A stretch of 63,280 nucleotides of DNA, the filler included, from Asterionella formosa (taxonomy: Eukaryota), in NCBI GenBank assembly GCA_002256025.1. It is 16 parts of 16 records of this genome, joined end to end, with 100 filler letters (N's around TTAATTAATTAA, not from the genome) between each part and the next. Parts side by side here need not be neighbours in the genome. Positions count along the whole stretch, not along the records: positions 1 to 16,243 come from NKIB01005020.1; 15 more parts are not named here. One strand, given 5' to 3'. Positions 1 through 12,199 of the stretch are shown here, piece after piece. A program made the translations under genes and the position numbers. Each line of letters opens with the position of its first letter. The first letter of the stretch is position 1. The notes beneath the pieces are model-generated. The model ran no database searches and was not told the DNA's origin. It worked only from the letters and a program-made list of their open reading frames with translations.

Positions 1-168
1 TAGTCGCTCTTACGGCTGATTGGTGCACCCAGACCAAAGTACATTGGGTAGTCTACCAGGTAGCCACCCGTAGCTTGTGCTATGCTGGAAATTTGGTATC
101 ACAAAATATTTGTTTTGCATACAAATAGGTAGAGTCGTCTAATTTGATGTTCATTTCCGCTTCACTAA

Positions 169-1092
169 GGGTCGTTCTTATCATTTTCGATTTGGTATCA
201 TTTTTTTTGAAAAAGTATCATGAAACGGCTACTCGATTCAAAACGAAAAAATCCATTCTCCACAAAAATAAAAATAAAATTGTATCACCAAAAAGTATCA
301 CGAAAATTCAACGGTTACGGGCTGGCTACAAACATGTGCTTTTCCTTCCTGACTAACAGTACATAATGGTACCAAGCCAGTCCTCAAACCATGCAAGAAA
401 TCTACGCGAATTATGCATATGGACTACTATAGTCAATGGTATTTGCACAGGTATTTGTTGTAGTCACGTGATCATTTTCGTATTCTATTGCCTAGTACGT
501 GCTGGACGAGTGATAGTAGAATGTACCGGTAGTGACAGCCAAAGCCAAAGTATTTGCACAGCTAGTATATGTCGTAGTCACGTGATCATTTTCGTATTCT
601 ATTGCCTAGTACCTTGTCATGAATTCCCGGACCAGGTATCAGGGTACCTGGTACCAGGTACCTGTAATTAGATAGCGGGTATGTCTCTATGCACATGACT
701 CAATCTGTTCAATTTTCGACTCTGTGGTAGTCGTTCTTTGGTGTTGTGGCTGAACATTACCACACACGGCCGCTATAATGATTGTATTGTGCTTCTTTGA
801 TGCACACCATAATAATTTTTGTGTATATTATCTAGATGTCAATAAAAGTACTGCCCTGCAGGCGTATTTTCGGTTATTTTATTAGTGACAACGGAAATGA
901 TACCCGCGTGAAAACGTCAGTATCACTGATACCGTTTTTGGAGGGGGCAAAAAAAGGTATCAATTTTGTATCAATGATACAAAATTGATACCATCAAGTT
1001 ACCGTTGCTGATACTGTGTTTTGATACCAACCGTCACTTTTTGCCCGCAACCCGGAAATGATACAGCAAATTCGGAATGATAAGAACGACCC
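169..1092. mobile_element. Non-autonomous TIR element (MITE, PIF/Harbinger-like)
   Basis: TIR GGGTCGTTCTTATCATT at 169 and its reverse complement AATGATAAGAACGACCC ending at 1092. Flanks are TAA/TTA. Many subterminal TGATAC/GTATCA motifs. No coding capacity. Confidence 0.8.
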
Positions 1093-1224
1093 TTACGGAG
1101 CCTGTGTGGTACATGCTACAAGCCCCTGGTAACAGGTATTCAGAGACTTGTCAACATGTTGTCGTCAACACATTGACCATGTCGATAATCAGCTATTTCT
1201 CCATCAAAATGGCAAAGTATAGTT

Positions 1225-1950
1225 GGCGCTGCGGTGACGAAGAACACGATTCATCCAGAATCGACTCTGAAAAAGAAACATAATGCGATAGCGTATCACA
1301 GAGCGAGAGAAGCTGTGGCGGCAGGAACGATTCGGGTAACGAAGGAAGATGGAAAGACTAATTTGGCTGATGTGCTGACGAAGCCATTACCCCAAATTAC
1401 ACGAGAGTATTTGTGTGACAAGTTCATGTATTGATGGCTGTTGGATCACAGTGGGTCGAAGATTGAAGCCAAGGTTCATCGCGATGTCATAACCTATGAC
1501 ACCGGTTACCTCCTGGGCACGCAATGACGTGTGGCATCGAATCCAGGTCGATGTTTAGTGATATATTTGTTTGGTTTCACCTTCGACTGAACGAATATTG
1601 CAGTGCAGTGTGGGCGCGTGGATGAACGTACCGTGTCATACGGTACAGGGGACTAACTAGTCGTTAGAGTGTTTTAGCGATAGTACAGCGTGCAAGCTTG
1701 GAGAAGCGAATGCGCTAGAACGGCGTAGGTTTATATATCTTAAAAGTCTATCTTTTTAACCTTTATCTTTCTTTCCTTGTGCACCATGTAAGTTGTTCTG
1801 CCGACCACACTAGCGTATTTATTCGTGGTTCCTATACTTGATGGGTATGCTATAATACGATCTCGTACAAACAAGGTGACGTAGGGTTCTGTACACTAAA
1901 AAGAGATCGTACCGTCAATATCATATTATCGTGTACGATTACAACAGTTA
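1225..1950 (+). mobile_element. 3' remnant of a Ty1/Copia LTR retrotransposon (RNase H end, PPT, LTR about 1654-1950)
   Basis: ESTLKKKHNAIAYHRAREAVAAG...NLADVLTKPL is the Copia RNase H C-terminus (stop at 1434). A purine run ACAGGGGAC precedes TAACT at 1654. The segment ends ACAACAGTTA at 1950. Confidence 0.8.
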
Positions 1951-3337
1951 ACTTATATTTCATTATCACATACTCACAATCACTCGTAAATAAACCTATG
2001 ATAGTTTTATCACATTTATAAGATCAAATAAATGCACATATGATAAAATGTTCTTGCTGATATTTCTAATATATATTACTAAATAATTTTACAATAATAA
2101 GATGTTATTATCATCTCTATCATTACGTCAAAATATATGATTTGATGAATGTAATGCCATAGCGGTAAATACCAATATAGAACAGCTTGTACTGATGTAC
2201 CATGTGTGGTACCATCCGTACAAGCAAATGCAATTATACTGCTGCTGTAGCTGCTGCTGTTGCTTTCCCATCACATCATTGATAGTAATCGAACTCCATT
2301 TGCTTCATTGCATTCTTGTTTATCATTTCGCGTAACCATACTGCATCACTTGTCATATCAATACCAATCAGAGTTTACATCATGGAAACCAACAAGAACA
2401 TTTGGAAAGACAAAGAGGATAGTCTATTTGGGTTTACACTAGAAGACGTCTAAACATCGAGGAAGAAATTGAAACGGCTCATTGAATCGGTTGAGAGCAC
2501 ATGTCTGTTTCCTTCCAAATCTGATGATTTCGAGAAGGTTTACAATTCTCCAGAAAAAAGAGTTCATATGTTAATTCCATAGTTGCCCCAATGCATTTAT
2601 CAGAGAGGTCCTCTTATATGGCAAATTCAAAACATTTGAACCAATTTTTTCAAATGAAAAGCAGCGGGCAATTCTTATTGATCGTTCACCAAATCGAGAA
2701 GAAGCCAGTCGATCTCTCATGATAATGCACGATATGTTCCGTGATGAGACAAGGGTATCTCGTATACATCTGTATTGATGCGCAAGATCGCTCACCAGGT
2801 ACCGCTGTACCATTTACCAGGTAGTATAGAATCCATACCAGTAGTACATATGCATTTACATTAACCCAACGGCCCTACTAGTATTGTGCACCGGTATTTT
2901 AGTACCACCAAACCAGCACTATGGCTAACCAGGAGTTTCCGGAAGAAGCCAGCAACCAGTCGTCCTAACTTATGTATGTACCGGTATCTAGTGGTGTGGT
3001 ACCTGGTATTAAATTTCTGACTACCGGCATGGACATACGTTGTTCCTGTATCCACATTTGGGATCAATGATAATTTTATATATATAACTCATGTGGTATC
3101 TACATAGGAGACACAATGATCTTACCGGTCCCGGGTACTGGTACTGTACCGTTGTTACTCTTGTGTGTGTTGAGAGGGAGAAACGCTTGCAAAGGATGCC
3201 AGCTGCAGCTACAATAACAAGGAACTGAGATTCTAAAGTAGTATGTAGCTAGCTGTAGAGGGACCAGTACTCACGGGAATTGAGCACTTACAGGAATCTT
3301 GGTGGGATATACGGAGTAACCAGTATATGGTACCAAC

Positions 3338-6300
3338 ACCCCCTTAAAGTGAGAAGATCGTCTGTGAATAGATTTTCCATTAGATCTAACGTTTTACTCA
3401 GCATATGTTAAAAAACTGATTGATTATTCAAATATTTTGACATGTTGATGATAATTTTGATATATCACAAGCCGTGTCTGTATGATCAATCAAATTTGTA
3501 CATTAGGTTACTAGCATACGCATGTTAGGTTATGCGTATATAAGAACTCGTATATATTAGTTACCAAATCTAATCGGTTAACCAAAATTGTTTATATATT
3601 GATCAAATGTTCTGTTATGTTGATGATTATATTTTTGATATATCAATGACCGTGTCGGTGTGGTCAATCAAATGTGTTTGTCAGATTATTTGCTTACACA
3701 CGTCAGGTTACGCATAGAAAGAAGTCATTTATATTAGTTATCAAAACTAATATGGTAATAAAATGTTTTGATATATTGATACGTTGTTTGATTGATCAAT
3801 AGCTGTTGCTCTTTGATCAATTATTCTTGTTTTAGCAAAGGTTATGACTTTACACAGATCACCTTTCGTGTATGTAAACCTTGTACCCGACGATGCTATC
3901 AGAATGAATTCTGTGCAACAACGGTGCGTTCCTTGTTGCCATTCCGATTTGAATGCTCTACCGGTACAGTACATGCTTTGATCCAATTCTTGTACCGGTA
4001 GTATTCCTCATTATCTCTCCATTCAAATATCAGTAATCGAATTTCTTACAAGCCATGTGCGTTTGTTGAACAATCCCTTACGAGCTACATTCTTGCGGGG
4101 ACGACGATGATCTCAGTCTTATAACGAATGATATGGTCTCGATATTGATGGGGAATTATGCTGAAGATGTTTGATTGTTTGTTTGTTACTCGAAATCAAA
4201 AGCTTTGGTCAATTTATACGACAGAATTGGAGAACGATGCATTGAAGGCCATACCCGATTCCAATTCCAACCGAAATCAAGAAGATAATACCTTTTGATC
4301 ATAATTCGCCCATTGCGAACATCGATCCGTATTTCGAATCTGTTCTTCAACATGAGATGTGGATCAAAGTGAAGATGGAACAGATGGCAGCGCAGTTTGT
4401 TGCTCATGGCCTTAATCATGGGTCTTCCATCCTCCTTGACTAGCTATTGGCGAGAACGTTTGTATGCTGCAGAATTAGAGCCGCAACATCACGAATCAGG
4501 AAGTAGTTTCAATTCATTCAGGAAATAGTAGCATCACATGAACCTTGAATAGCAGGGGGTTCGAAATAACAATTGTAACTTTGCTTAATAACATTGTACT
4601 ATCCCATTGTTTTAAGAAATCTCTTTATCGGCAACATCAGAGGCAATATATAGGACAGCCTAACCCCATCGACTTCCTCAGAGCGTCTAATGGAGTCTAT
4701 CGAATCTGATAGACTTGATATCAAATCTCCCCCTTCCAAAGCAAAAGCAAAATGTAAATTAAAGGCAACTCCAGGCATGGTTGCCAATCCAGAAGAAGCA
4801 GTCCATGACTTGTCACCAAAGAGTTCCGAAATTGTAGGAGTGATTGGGAAAGTAAATAAAGAACAGGTCAAGGAGGAAATTGATTTGTCCCATTTATCCA
4901 GTAAGGAGTTGGAAATATTGAAAAAGGACATGGTTGCCAGTCTGGATGTAGTTCATGGGTGCATTTGGTGGCATATTGTTGTCTTTCTGATGTAGTCTAA
5001 AATGTCGAGGAAAGTGAGTTTTCCATAAAATCATTGCTGGTCCTATATGATTCCGAAATTTCCTTAAAGTTTCAAATGATGTTTTGTTAAACAAGCCAGA
5101 CTCTAGGACCGCATAGAATTTGTTGAGAACAAAAACAAAATCCAGGACACTGTCATCTAGTCTCTTCTCCTTTCCTTTGTCATCATGATCAAAGTATCTA
5201 ACCAGCCAGTAAGAGTCGTTCTTTACTCTTCCGTTGTCTCTGTTTTGCTTCTCAACTGTGGCTACCAAGGGGCTTATGATCGGTACTTTGTGAGACCGGA
5301 AGCAAGCTATAAAATTGTATCGGTGTTTGTATGCGCTGCTACCACTCAAAGTTTCTACACTTCCTCAGGACGAACGATAAAAATCAACCTAATTACGAGG
5401 TGAGAAACAACCGCACTCAATATGTTTGTGCACAATGCTGCAGAGGCTTTGTAGTGTCTGTCTGTGTCCATTAATTAGGATTTCGATATTAATAACATCT
5501 TTCCCTTCCATATATGCAGATGTGAGGGTTAACAACGCTACCTGTCACCCATCCATCAACAGTGAGAGCATAGGTAAGTTACTATACTCTCATTTGATGC
5601 TCGTTATGTCGATTTCTGGAACGTGAAGTGCATTATATAGATTGTTCATGTCATCCGTTCGTGGCACATGTGTGGCTAGAGATGCTTTAATCGTTGCAAC
5701 ACTTTTGCTAACATTGATATTATCTCCTTAAAATCATACAGGAACCTTGGAGAATGTGGCTTGCTACCATTCTTAATGGAAGCAACAATCAACCATGAGA
5801 GGACAGGTAAGCTATATGCATAAAGTGAACATTGGAGAATGTGACTTGCTACCATTCGCAATGGTAGAGGTTCGAATAAAGCATCATCAATTTCGTTTAC
5901 TCTCTCATTTCATTTTTAAAAGGCAATGATCTAAACATAGTGAAAATTAAGGTATGATTGAAGACCACTGTGTGCTCATTCTGATAGAGGATGCAAAGTG
6001 GAAAGTATGGGTGACCAGAAGTAGAATATTTGTGTATTAAATAGCAATCCATTAAATTCGATTTGTGTTCATCATTGATCGAACATGATAATAGGTTTGA
6101 TCAATGGGATAAATAAGTTAGATCAGTAGTAATGAATGTTACATCGAAAGCTAAAAATTCTATTTGATATTAGCATTCCAAAGGTTAGACAGAATGAATA
6201 ACTGATTTGATCTCACAATTACTATCTTTAGATCGAACACCAAAACGTTAGTTGATATCAATCAGTTTTTTTGTATGATAAATCAGTATTTCTGAATGAT

Positions 6301-6368
6301 CAATCAGATTTTCTGTATGATCAATCAAAAACTAATTCGTCATATTGAGAATTTTTTGGGGCAGTGGG
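3338..6368. mobile_element. Possible decayed DNA transposon with GATC/TGATT-rich subterminal regions
   Basis: Both ends are rich in GATCAAT-type motifs. Pieces such as AAAAAACTGATTGAT and CTAACGTTTT occur in inverted orientation at about 3385-3425 and 6242-6272. A diverged direct repeat of about 175 bp lies at 3441-3790. Fragmented ORFs inside. No clean TIR or TSD. Confidence 0.35.
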
Positions 6369-6385
6369 TCTTATAGCAAAACTGT

Positions 6386-6667
6386 TGTTAAAGTATTACC
6401 TTTTTTGATAGATCTATATCGTTAGACAAAGAAGACTTTAGATAGAGACGTTCGTTTCTCTTTACGTTTCTATATTCTTATTGTGAGTTTACTAATCTAG
6501 TTTAGGTTGTTCTGTTTGAACAAACAAACGAACTATTCTCCAAATGCTGTTTGCATTTCTAGAAACATACAATCATAGATAGACCCATGTCTATCTCACA
6601 CTTACTGATCATAGGTTTTTAACCATGATCATTCATTTCAAACTATCGGTCTTCCGAAATAGCTTAT
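6386..6667 (-). mobile_element. Solo LTR of the Copia family whose 5' end is at 32677-33274
   Basis: Near-identical to 32993-33274, which lies directly upstream of a Copia gag ORF. Confidence 0.85.
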
Positions 6668-7070
6668 TTTGTTAGGCCTAATGGTTTTTTATTTACAGAC
6701 GCTACAAGCAGCTTGTGCCGCCTTCCTAGGCGGTCGGAGTTTCCCCTAACGCTGCGGCTAAGACAATCATTTGTGAAGGGTGGTTGGGGACTCACCTACA
6801 CTAACAAAACTAGGGAAGCACAGGTCTTGTCAGCAGACAGCACAATGAATACTTGCCTAGAAAAAGGGGAGTAGGAATGGTCTATAAAACAGATTATCAT
6901 TTTGACTGGGTTGAAGTGAACTGGGAAAAAGAGGAAGATCAAGTTCCTACACAGTTCCAACTAAAATACTTCTATGGGGAAATGTTATTTCCTACAATAA
7001 ACCCTACCCCAAAGCCTAACCCGATCCTCCAAAATGATCATTTCCCAAGTTGGATCAATAAGCAACATGC

Positions 7071-8150
7071 TCACTCATGATGTGTGGGCTTGCAAAGTGG
7101 AAAATAAATAGTACAGATCAGCGCAACAAAGGAAGAAAATAACATCACTTTGAAGTTCATATATGAAGTCAAATTGAAAAATTGATGACACCATTGGTTA
7201 ACCACTGTTTCTCGGTTTTGGTTTTCGTTATTCACACGCCTGTATTGATCTAAATCAGGTGGGAAATTTTCGATGAATTCCAATTTTAACCAAACATTCA
7301 ATTCACTTATAATCTGCAATGCCAGTGCATTTATAATGATGGTGTAAGAGTCAAGCTCAATGAAAAAAATATGGAACAGATTGATTAAGTACACAATAGG
7401 CACATGTACAAAGAAAAAGATTCGGTCAAGGCTCACAGTGTGTTGAAGGATTCCACCATTGTGGTTGGTGGACAGTGGAATGATACGATTTCTCTGCTCC
7501 CATTCCTGTCTTAGCAAACGTTGCATTCGCAAAGACAGAGACAAGAAGTTAATGATAGCAGCGCACATAGCAAGTAATTTCTGCATTATGTTTGCTTTGT
7601 CATCTTTCCCAGGACAAAATTCAAATTCAACAACATCAACAATATCATTTATAAGCAAAAGATACGGAACCATGATCTGAATGGCGAGTGCAAGTAACAG
7701 GAGGGGTTTGCAATATCTGCAGTTATTGTTGTTGGTTGATTGATGATAACAAAATAAGGTAACCAGGCCAATATCCAAATTGTCTTGAATGTAAGATATC
7801 CATACATCATCAACGGCATTTGCAGTTGCATGACCAGCGGCATCCGCAGCTGCAATACCAGCGGCATTCGCAGCTACATCATTTGCAAGGTCGTCAGGAA
7901 CATCTTCCGCAACCCTTTCGTCTTGTTCGTCATCTGGAAGGTCGTCAGGAACATCTTCCGCAACCCTTTCGTCTTGTACGTCATCTGCAAGGTCGTCAGG
8001 AACATCTTCCGCAAAACTTGGGTTTTCTTCGTCAACTTCATATCCGCCAGGGAGACGACCTTGGAATGAATCATTGTTGCCTTCTTGCATTTTTTGTTGG
8101 CCCGATTGATCTGTAATGGGGCGGTTTTTTTTTTGATTTGTTTTTTCCAA
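7071..8150 (-). CDS. Uncharacterised multi-pass membrane protein with acidic 17-aa tandem repeats (first ATG at 8090)
   Basis: 359-codon ORF. About 3 copies of AEDVPDDL(A/P)DDxQDERV (51-bp DNA unit, about 7870-8020). Several hydrophobic segments follow. Confidence 0.65.
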   Translation of the reverse strand: MEKTNQKKNRPITDQSGQQKMQEGNNDSFQGRLPGGYEVDEENPSFAEDVPDDLADDVQDERVAEDVPDDLPDDEQDERVAEDVPDDLANDVAANAAGIAAADAAGHATANAVDDVWISYIQDNLDIGLVTLFCYHQSTNNNNCRYCKPLLLLALAIQIMVPYLLLINDIVDVVEFEFCPGKDDKANIMQKLLAMCAAIINFLSLSLRMQRLLRQEWEQRNRIIPLSTNHNGGILQHTVSLDRIFFFVHVPIVYLINLFHIFFIELDSYTIIINALALQIISELNVWLKLEFIENFPPDLDQYRRVNNENQNRETVVNQWCHQFFNLTSYMNFKVMLFSSFVALICTIYFPLCKPTHHE

Positions 8151-8689
8151 GTCTTTTTTGTTCTCGTTGAATTTGGTTGTTTTATCGAGTCATCTAGCCT
8201 ACATACGTACGTGGTACTAAAAACAACCATGCATAGTTTTGTTAAAGTGAGCTCATCTACGACCAGTACATACCCGGAATTCATGGGAATTTACATGCAT
8301 TGTCTTCAATCCTAACGCTTGTACACGCGGGACAAAGTATAGAGCAGTACGGTAATTTGTACTAGACTGGTAGAAATTGCCTAATAAGAGTAGACAAAGC
8401 TATATCTGAGCATGGGAGAAACGAAGCCTTAGGTTAGTACTCGCCAGTATCAAAGGCAGGCTAAATTTCTAGTCGCGCCTTTGAGGCTCGAAAACTCGGA
8501 CTTGTAGGGAGGGTGGGATGGAAAAGAAAGAAACGAGTTTGAGGAACCACAAAGAAACATCAGGACCGCAATGGGATCATTGTGACCTGATTACCATAAA
8601 TTCGCGAGCGTTTGACAAGAAAGTGGGCACTGGATGTGCATAATTTTGACTGGCGTCTTCACACTGAGCATTCAAAAAACTCACCTCCA

Positions 8690-9125
8690 TGCCAGAAATT
8701 CAGATTGCAGGGAACTATTCCAAATGTGGCACTTCTGAGCCCATAATTCCCAAAATTGTGGTAGCCATTGGTTTGCGATGGCTGGCTGGTGGCAGTTACA
8801 TCGACTTTTGTCATGCTTACGGTTGAAGCATTGCTTCACTTTATCGATGTCGTGATTTGTTCACTGATGCTGTACTAAACTGTGAAGAACTAGAAATTAT
8901 TTTTCCAAAAGAAAAAGAAGAATTCATCAAATTGACTTCCAGCTTTGAATGCAAAAGCTCAGAGGGCATGATCAGAGGATGTGTTGGTGCTATTGACGGC
9001 TTCCTAGCCACCATCAACCGCCTGACATTAGTTGAAAGTGGCAACAACCCTGGTTCATTTTTCCCGGTCACTAGCTACATGACTTATGGAATCAATGTCC
9101 AGGCTGTTTGTGATGCTGACGTCTG
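8690..9125 (+). pseudogene. Harbinger/PIF-type (HARBI1-like) DDE transposase relic
   Basis: Reads VAIGLRWLAGGSYIDFCHAYG*S...GCVGAIDGF...YGINVQAVCDA, which are typical Harbinger nuclease motifs. In-frame TGA near 8824 and truncated after VCDA. Confidence 0.85.
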
Positions 9126-11247
9126 CAAATAAAAAGTATCGTACATATAAGATCAGGGGTATTGTACAATGACTGGGACAGAATTTTTCTGTGCATGATA
9201 CACATTTTGTTTTTTGTGTTACAGGTACATACTTTATATATGAATATTTGATAAGCATGTTTATACTTATAATATTTGATCATATTGTTCTAATATTGAT
9301 CCATATTGACTCATAATGGTAACCACAAAGTAATCATAAAAATACAGTAAATGAGTAACAACAACTCAAGTCGAAATCACTACTTCTCTTTGAGTTTCAA
9401 TCGCTCTTCTCATGACCATGAATTACTAATTGTACTTACAAGACCATCATCGATTTACCTTAGCTAAATCCTCTATTGTGTATTTGTTCATCTTATAGCC
9501 ATATTAATACCATCGTATCTCTTTGAAGTATTAGTCCAAAATATGTGGAAACGGATTGTAATTTAAATACTAAATTTAGAATTGTTTCAATCTATCTATA
9601 GAAACAGTTATCTCACACCGTCTCACTCCTGTTCATTCTCTTGTCTGCTTCTTCCCTGCTACCCCGTTTCTGACACAACTGTAACTGCCCACTTCGTCCT
9701 TTCCCTTGTACTTGTCTGATTCCGAAGGATGAACTGATGTCGCTGATAGCGGCGGGTTGCCTCTCTTCGTTCCCTTCTTCTCCGTATCAGAGCTTTTCTT
9801 CATTATTAGTATTCATGTTAATGTTGTAACAACTGCGAAGCAAATACATGTTAGTCATATTATTTTTATGCAACAACATGCAGTTCCATTCTATTTTCAC
9901 TTACCATGAATAGATGTATTCCGTCACACAGGTTTTCCCATCACAATGTGTCCAACGATCCATTTCGATTGTTCACTGTATTAACTAATGGGAAGTAATT
10001 GTGTGTTAGCCTTGTCTTGTATAGCTTTTAATACAACAGGCTGTTCCAATCATGATGATATGGTCATTTACCGCAACAATGATACGAATCCTTGTTCAGT
10101 TCTTTCCATATTCCTCAATAAATCGTGAAGACATTGATGTTCAGAACTTCCCTATACTCTTTGTATACAATTACCCTGATAGATATAAAAGGATGTGTTA
10201 CTTATGTTCTAACGGGTGATTCTTGTGAGCATTGATCCAACGGCAGCACTTACCGCGACCGTCATTTATTCACATTTAATTTGTCCCCGAAAGTATGCAT
10301 ATACAGGTAAGCAAATAAACACTTGAAGAGAATGCACGCATTGAGTTACTGTCAACCCAACAATTGAATTTTCTGACATATTCATGTACACACGAGTCCC
10401 AATATAATTGAGCCAACCATATATGTATATATTTACTTCTATGTTTGAATATTTCAAACACCCGTGTACAGGTACTGTCGTACACATAGATCTGAATATC
10501 ATCAATTTTACCGATACTTAATTTGATTTTATTCAATGTTGTATGATTTCATTTTTTTTTAATTTAGTCTGTAAAAATTTCAGTAAGTGATATTAGAATA
10601 TGATATACAATGCTGTATGAGTTCATTATTTACCACCACCTAATGTAAAGTATAAATATAGATTGTACGACAATCCGGTATGGAGTAATAGTTAATGATA
10701 TAATTAAGCTCCATCATGGATATCATGGATGTGACATGTACGTAAAAAAGGGTAAGGTTTAGAATGCGAAGTATGAATACGTACTGCGGTTGTACAAAAT
10801 TTGGCGTAAAATGATCTTACGATTAGTTGTTTATGATCTGCTTAATTCTAGTGTTTGTGTTATCGTGGTGTACAGTAATACCTTTTAAAACATGCATTTT
10901 TGTAAATAGGGTCCTACTTCATCTACATCTATCATGTTCACAAGTAAGGACTGCTAGGAGAAAGTAGTGACAAGGTACCGGTTGTTATGAACAACTGTTC
11001 ACATCTTGTTGAAGGACATGATCTGATGATGTACGTATCTGGAGGTATGATATTTTTTCACTTGTGTACATATAAATATAGGCACACCTTCTTTATATCC
11101 ATAAGTGTGAAAGTAGCTACCGGGATGTTATTCGTCCATCGCAATGGTACTTGTAAGAGCATTTATATACAATCTCTCATTTCCCTTTTTTCAGCGACAC
11201 TTCATCATATGCTTCTTGTCATTTCTCACCACACCTGTTATACAATC

Positions 11248-12129
11248 ATGCCTCCAAAACCTGTGACTACAAAACCAGTGCGAGATGCGTAAGTTGCAAG
11301 GAGAGTGCCGCATTTGGCTCAAAAGCGAGTGATACCTGATTTTGGAACCTTTCCTACCAGTTACTTTTATAAAAGGTCAAAGCAGTATACTGTTCATGAC
11401 GCCTTTGGTAGTGCCCCAACTTCCACTCCGTACATTCCAACAAACGTAAATCCTCCTTTTACTACTGATACTACAAAGGCTCGTTTCAATCCTTCTATTC
11501 CCGTAGATTCTGTCGTGAATTTTGCCAGTGAGAATGAAGATGATGATTCACTCGATTCCGGTTCAAGAAAGGTTGCTGCTATTGAGACCACCCATAATAT
11601 TCACCACCTTACCTTTGTTTTTGAAAAGCTTTGCAATCGAAGTGATCAGGTGAATTATGACAAACTCAAAGATGAGCACATCAGTCTTCAAGAAATCCAC
11701 AACAAGCTCAAAGATGAGCACACCAGTCTTCAAGAAATCCACAATGACCTTGTTCGTTCTTACTATAAAATCTCATCTGACCTGAATCACTACAAAGGGC
11801 AACATTCAGTTCAAGTTTCATCCTTACATGGTTATGAAGATTCATCCGCTTTAGCAGCAAATTCAGCACAACATTTGTCTTTAGCTAAAATAGATTCCTC
11901 TGTTCTTGCAAAAGTTGTTAGTTATATTTTCAAAACCAAGAAATTTTGCTGTGAACAGGTAAGTGATGTATTGCCATACATCAGACTTACTATGGATGTT
12001 TTGTTACTGAAAGGATGTCACTTAAGCCTATTTTTGCATTTCCCAAAAAGGTTATATAAAACACCCAGCCATATCTGCAAGTTGCAACTCCGTAGGCATA
12101 TCGGATGTGAATGCAGATTGGTTTGCTAA
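11248..12129 (+). pseudogene. Disrupted ORF with a coiled-coil 14-aa duplication, probably transposon cargo
   Basis: MPPKPVTTK... at 11248 is in frame with ORF 11305..12129 across a TAA at 11290. KLKDEH(I/T)SLQEIHN occurs twice. Confidence 0.4.
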
Positions 12130-12199
12130 CCGATGTATCTCCCGGTTATTTCAACTAAAACCGCAGTTAGGCAAAGAAGCAGAGAGTGATCCTGAACTC

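Larger units (their letters stand above)
1..2761 (+). repeat. Left arm of 2.76-kb inverted repeat bounding contig 1
   Basis: Position p matches the complement of 16244-p with no indels. About a dozen substitutions seen by eye. ORFs are mirrored (144..356 vs 15888..16100). Confidence 0.97.
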
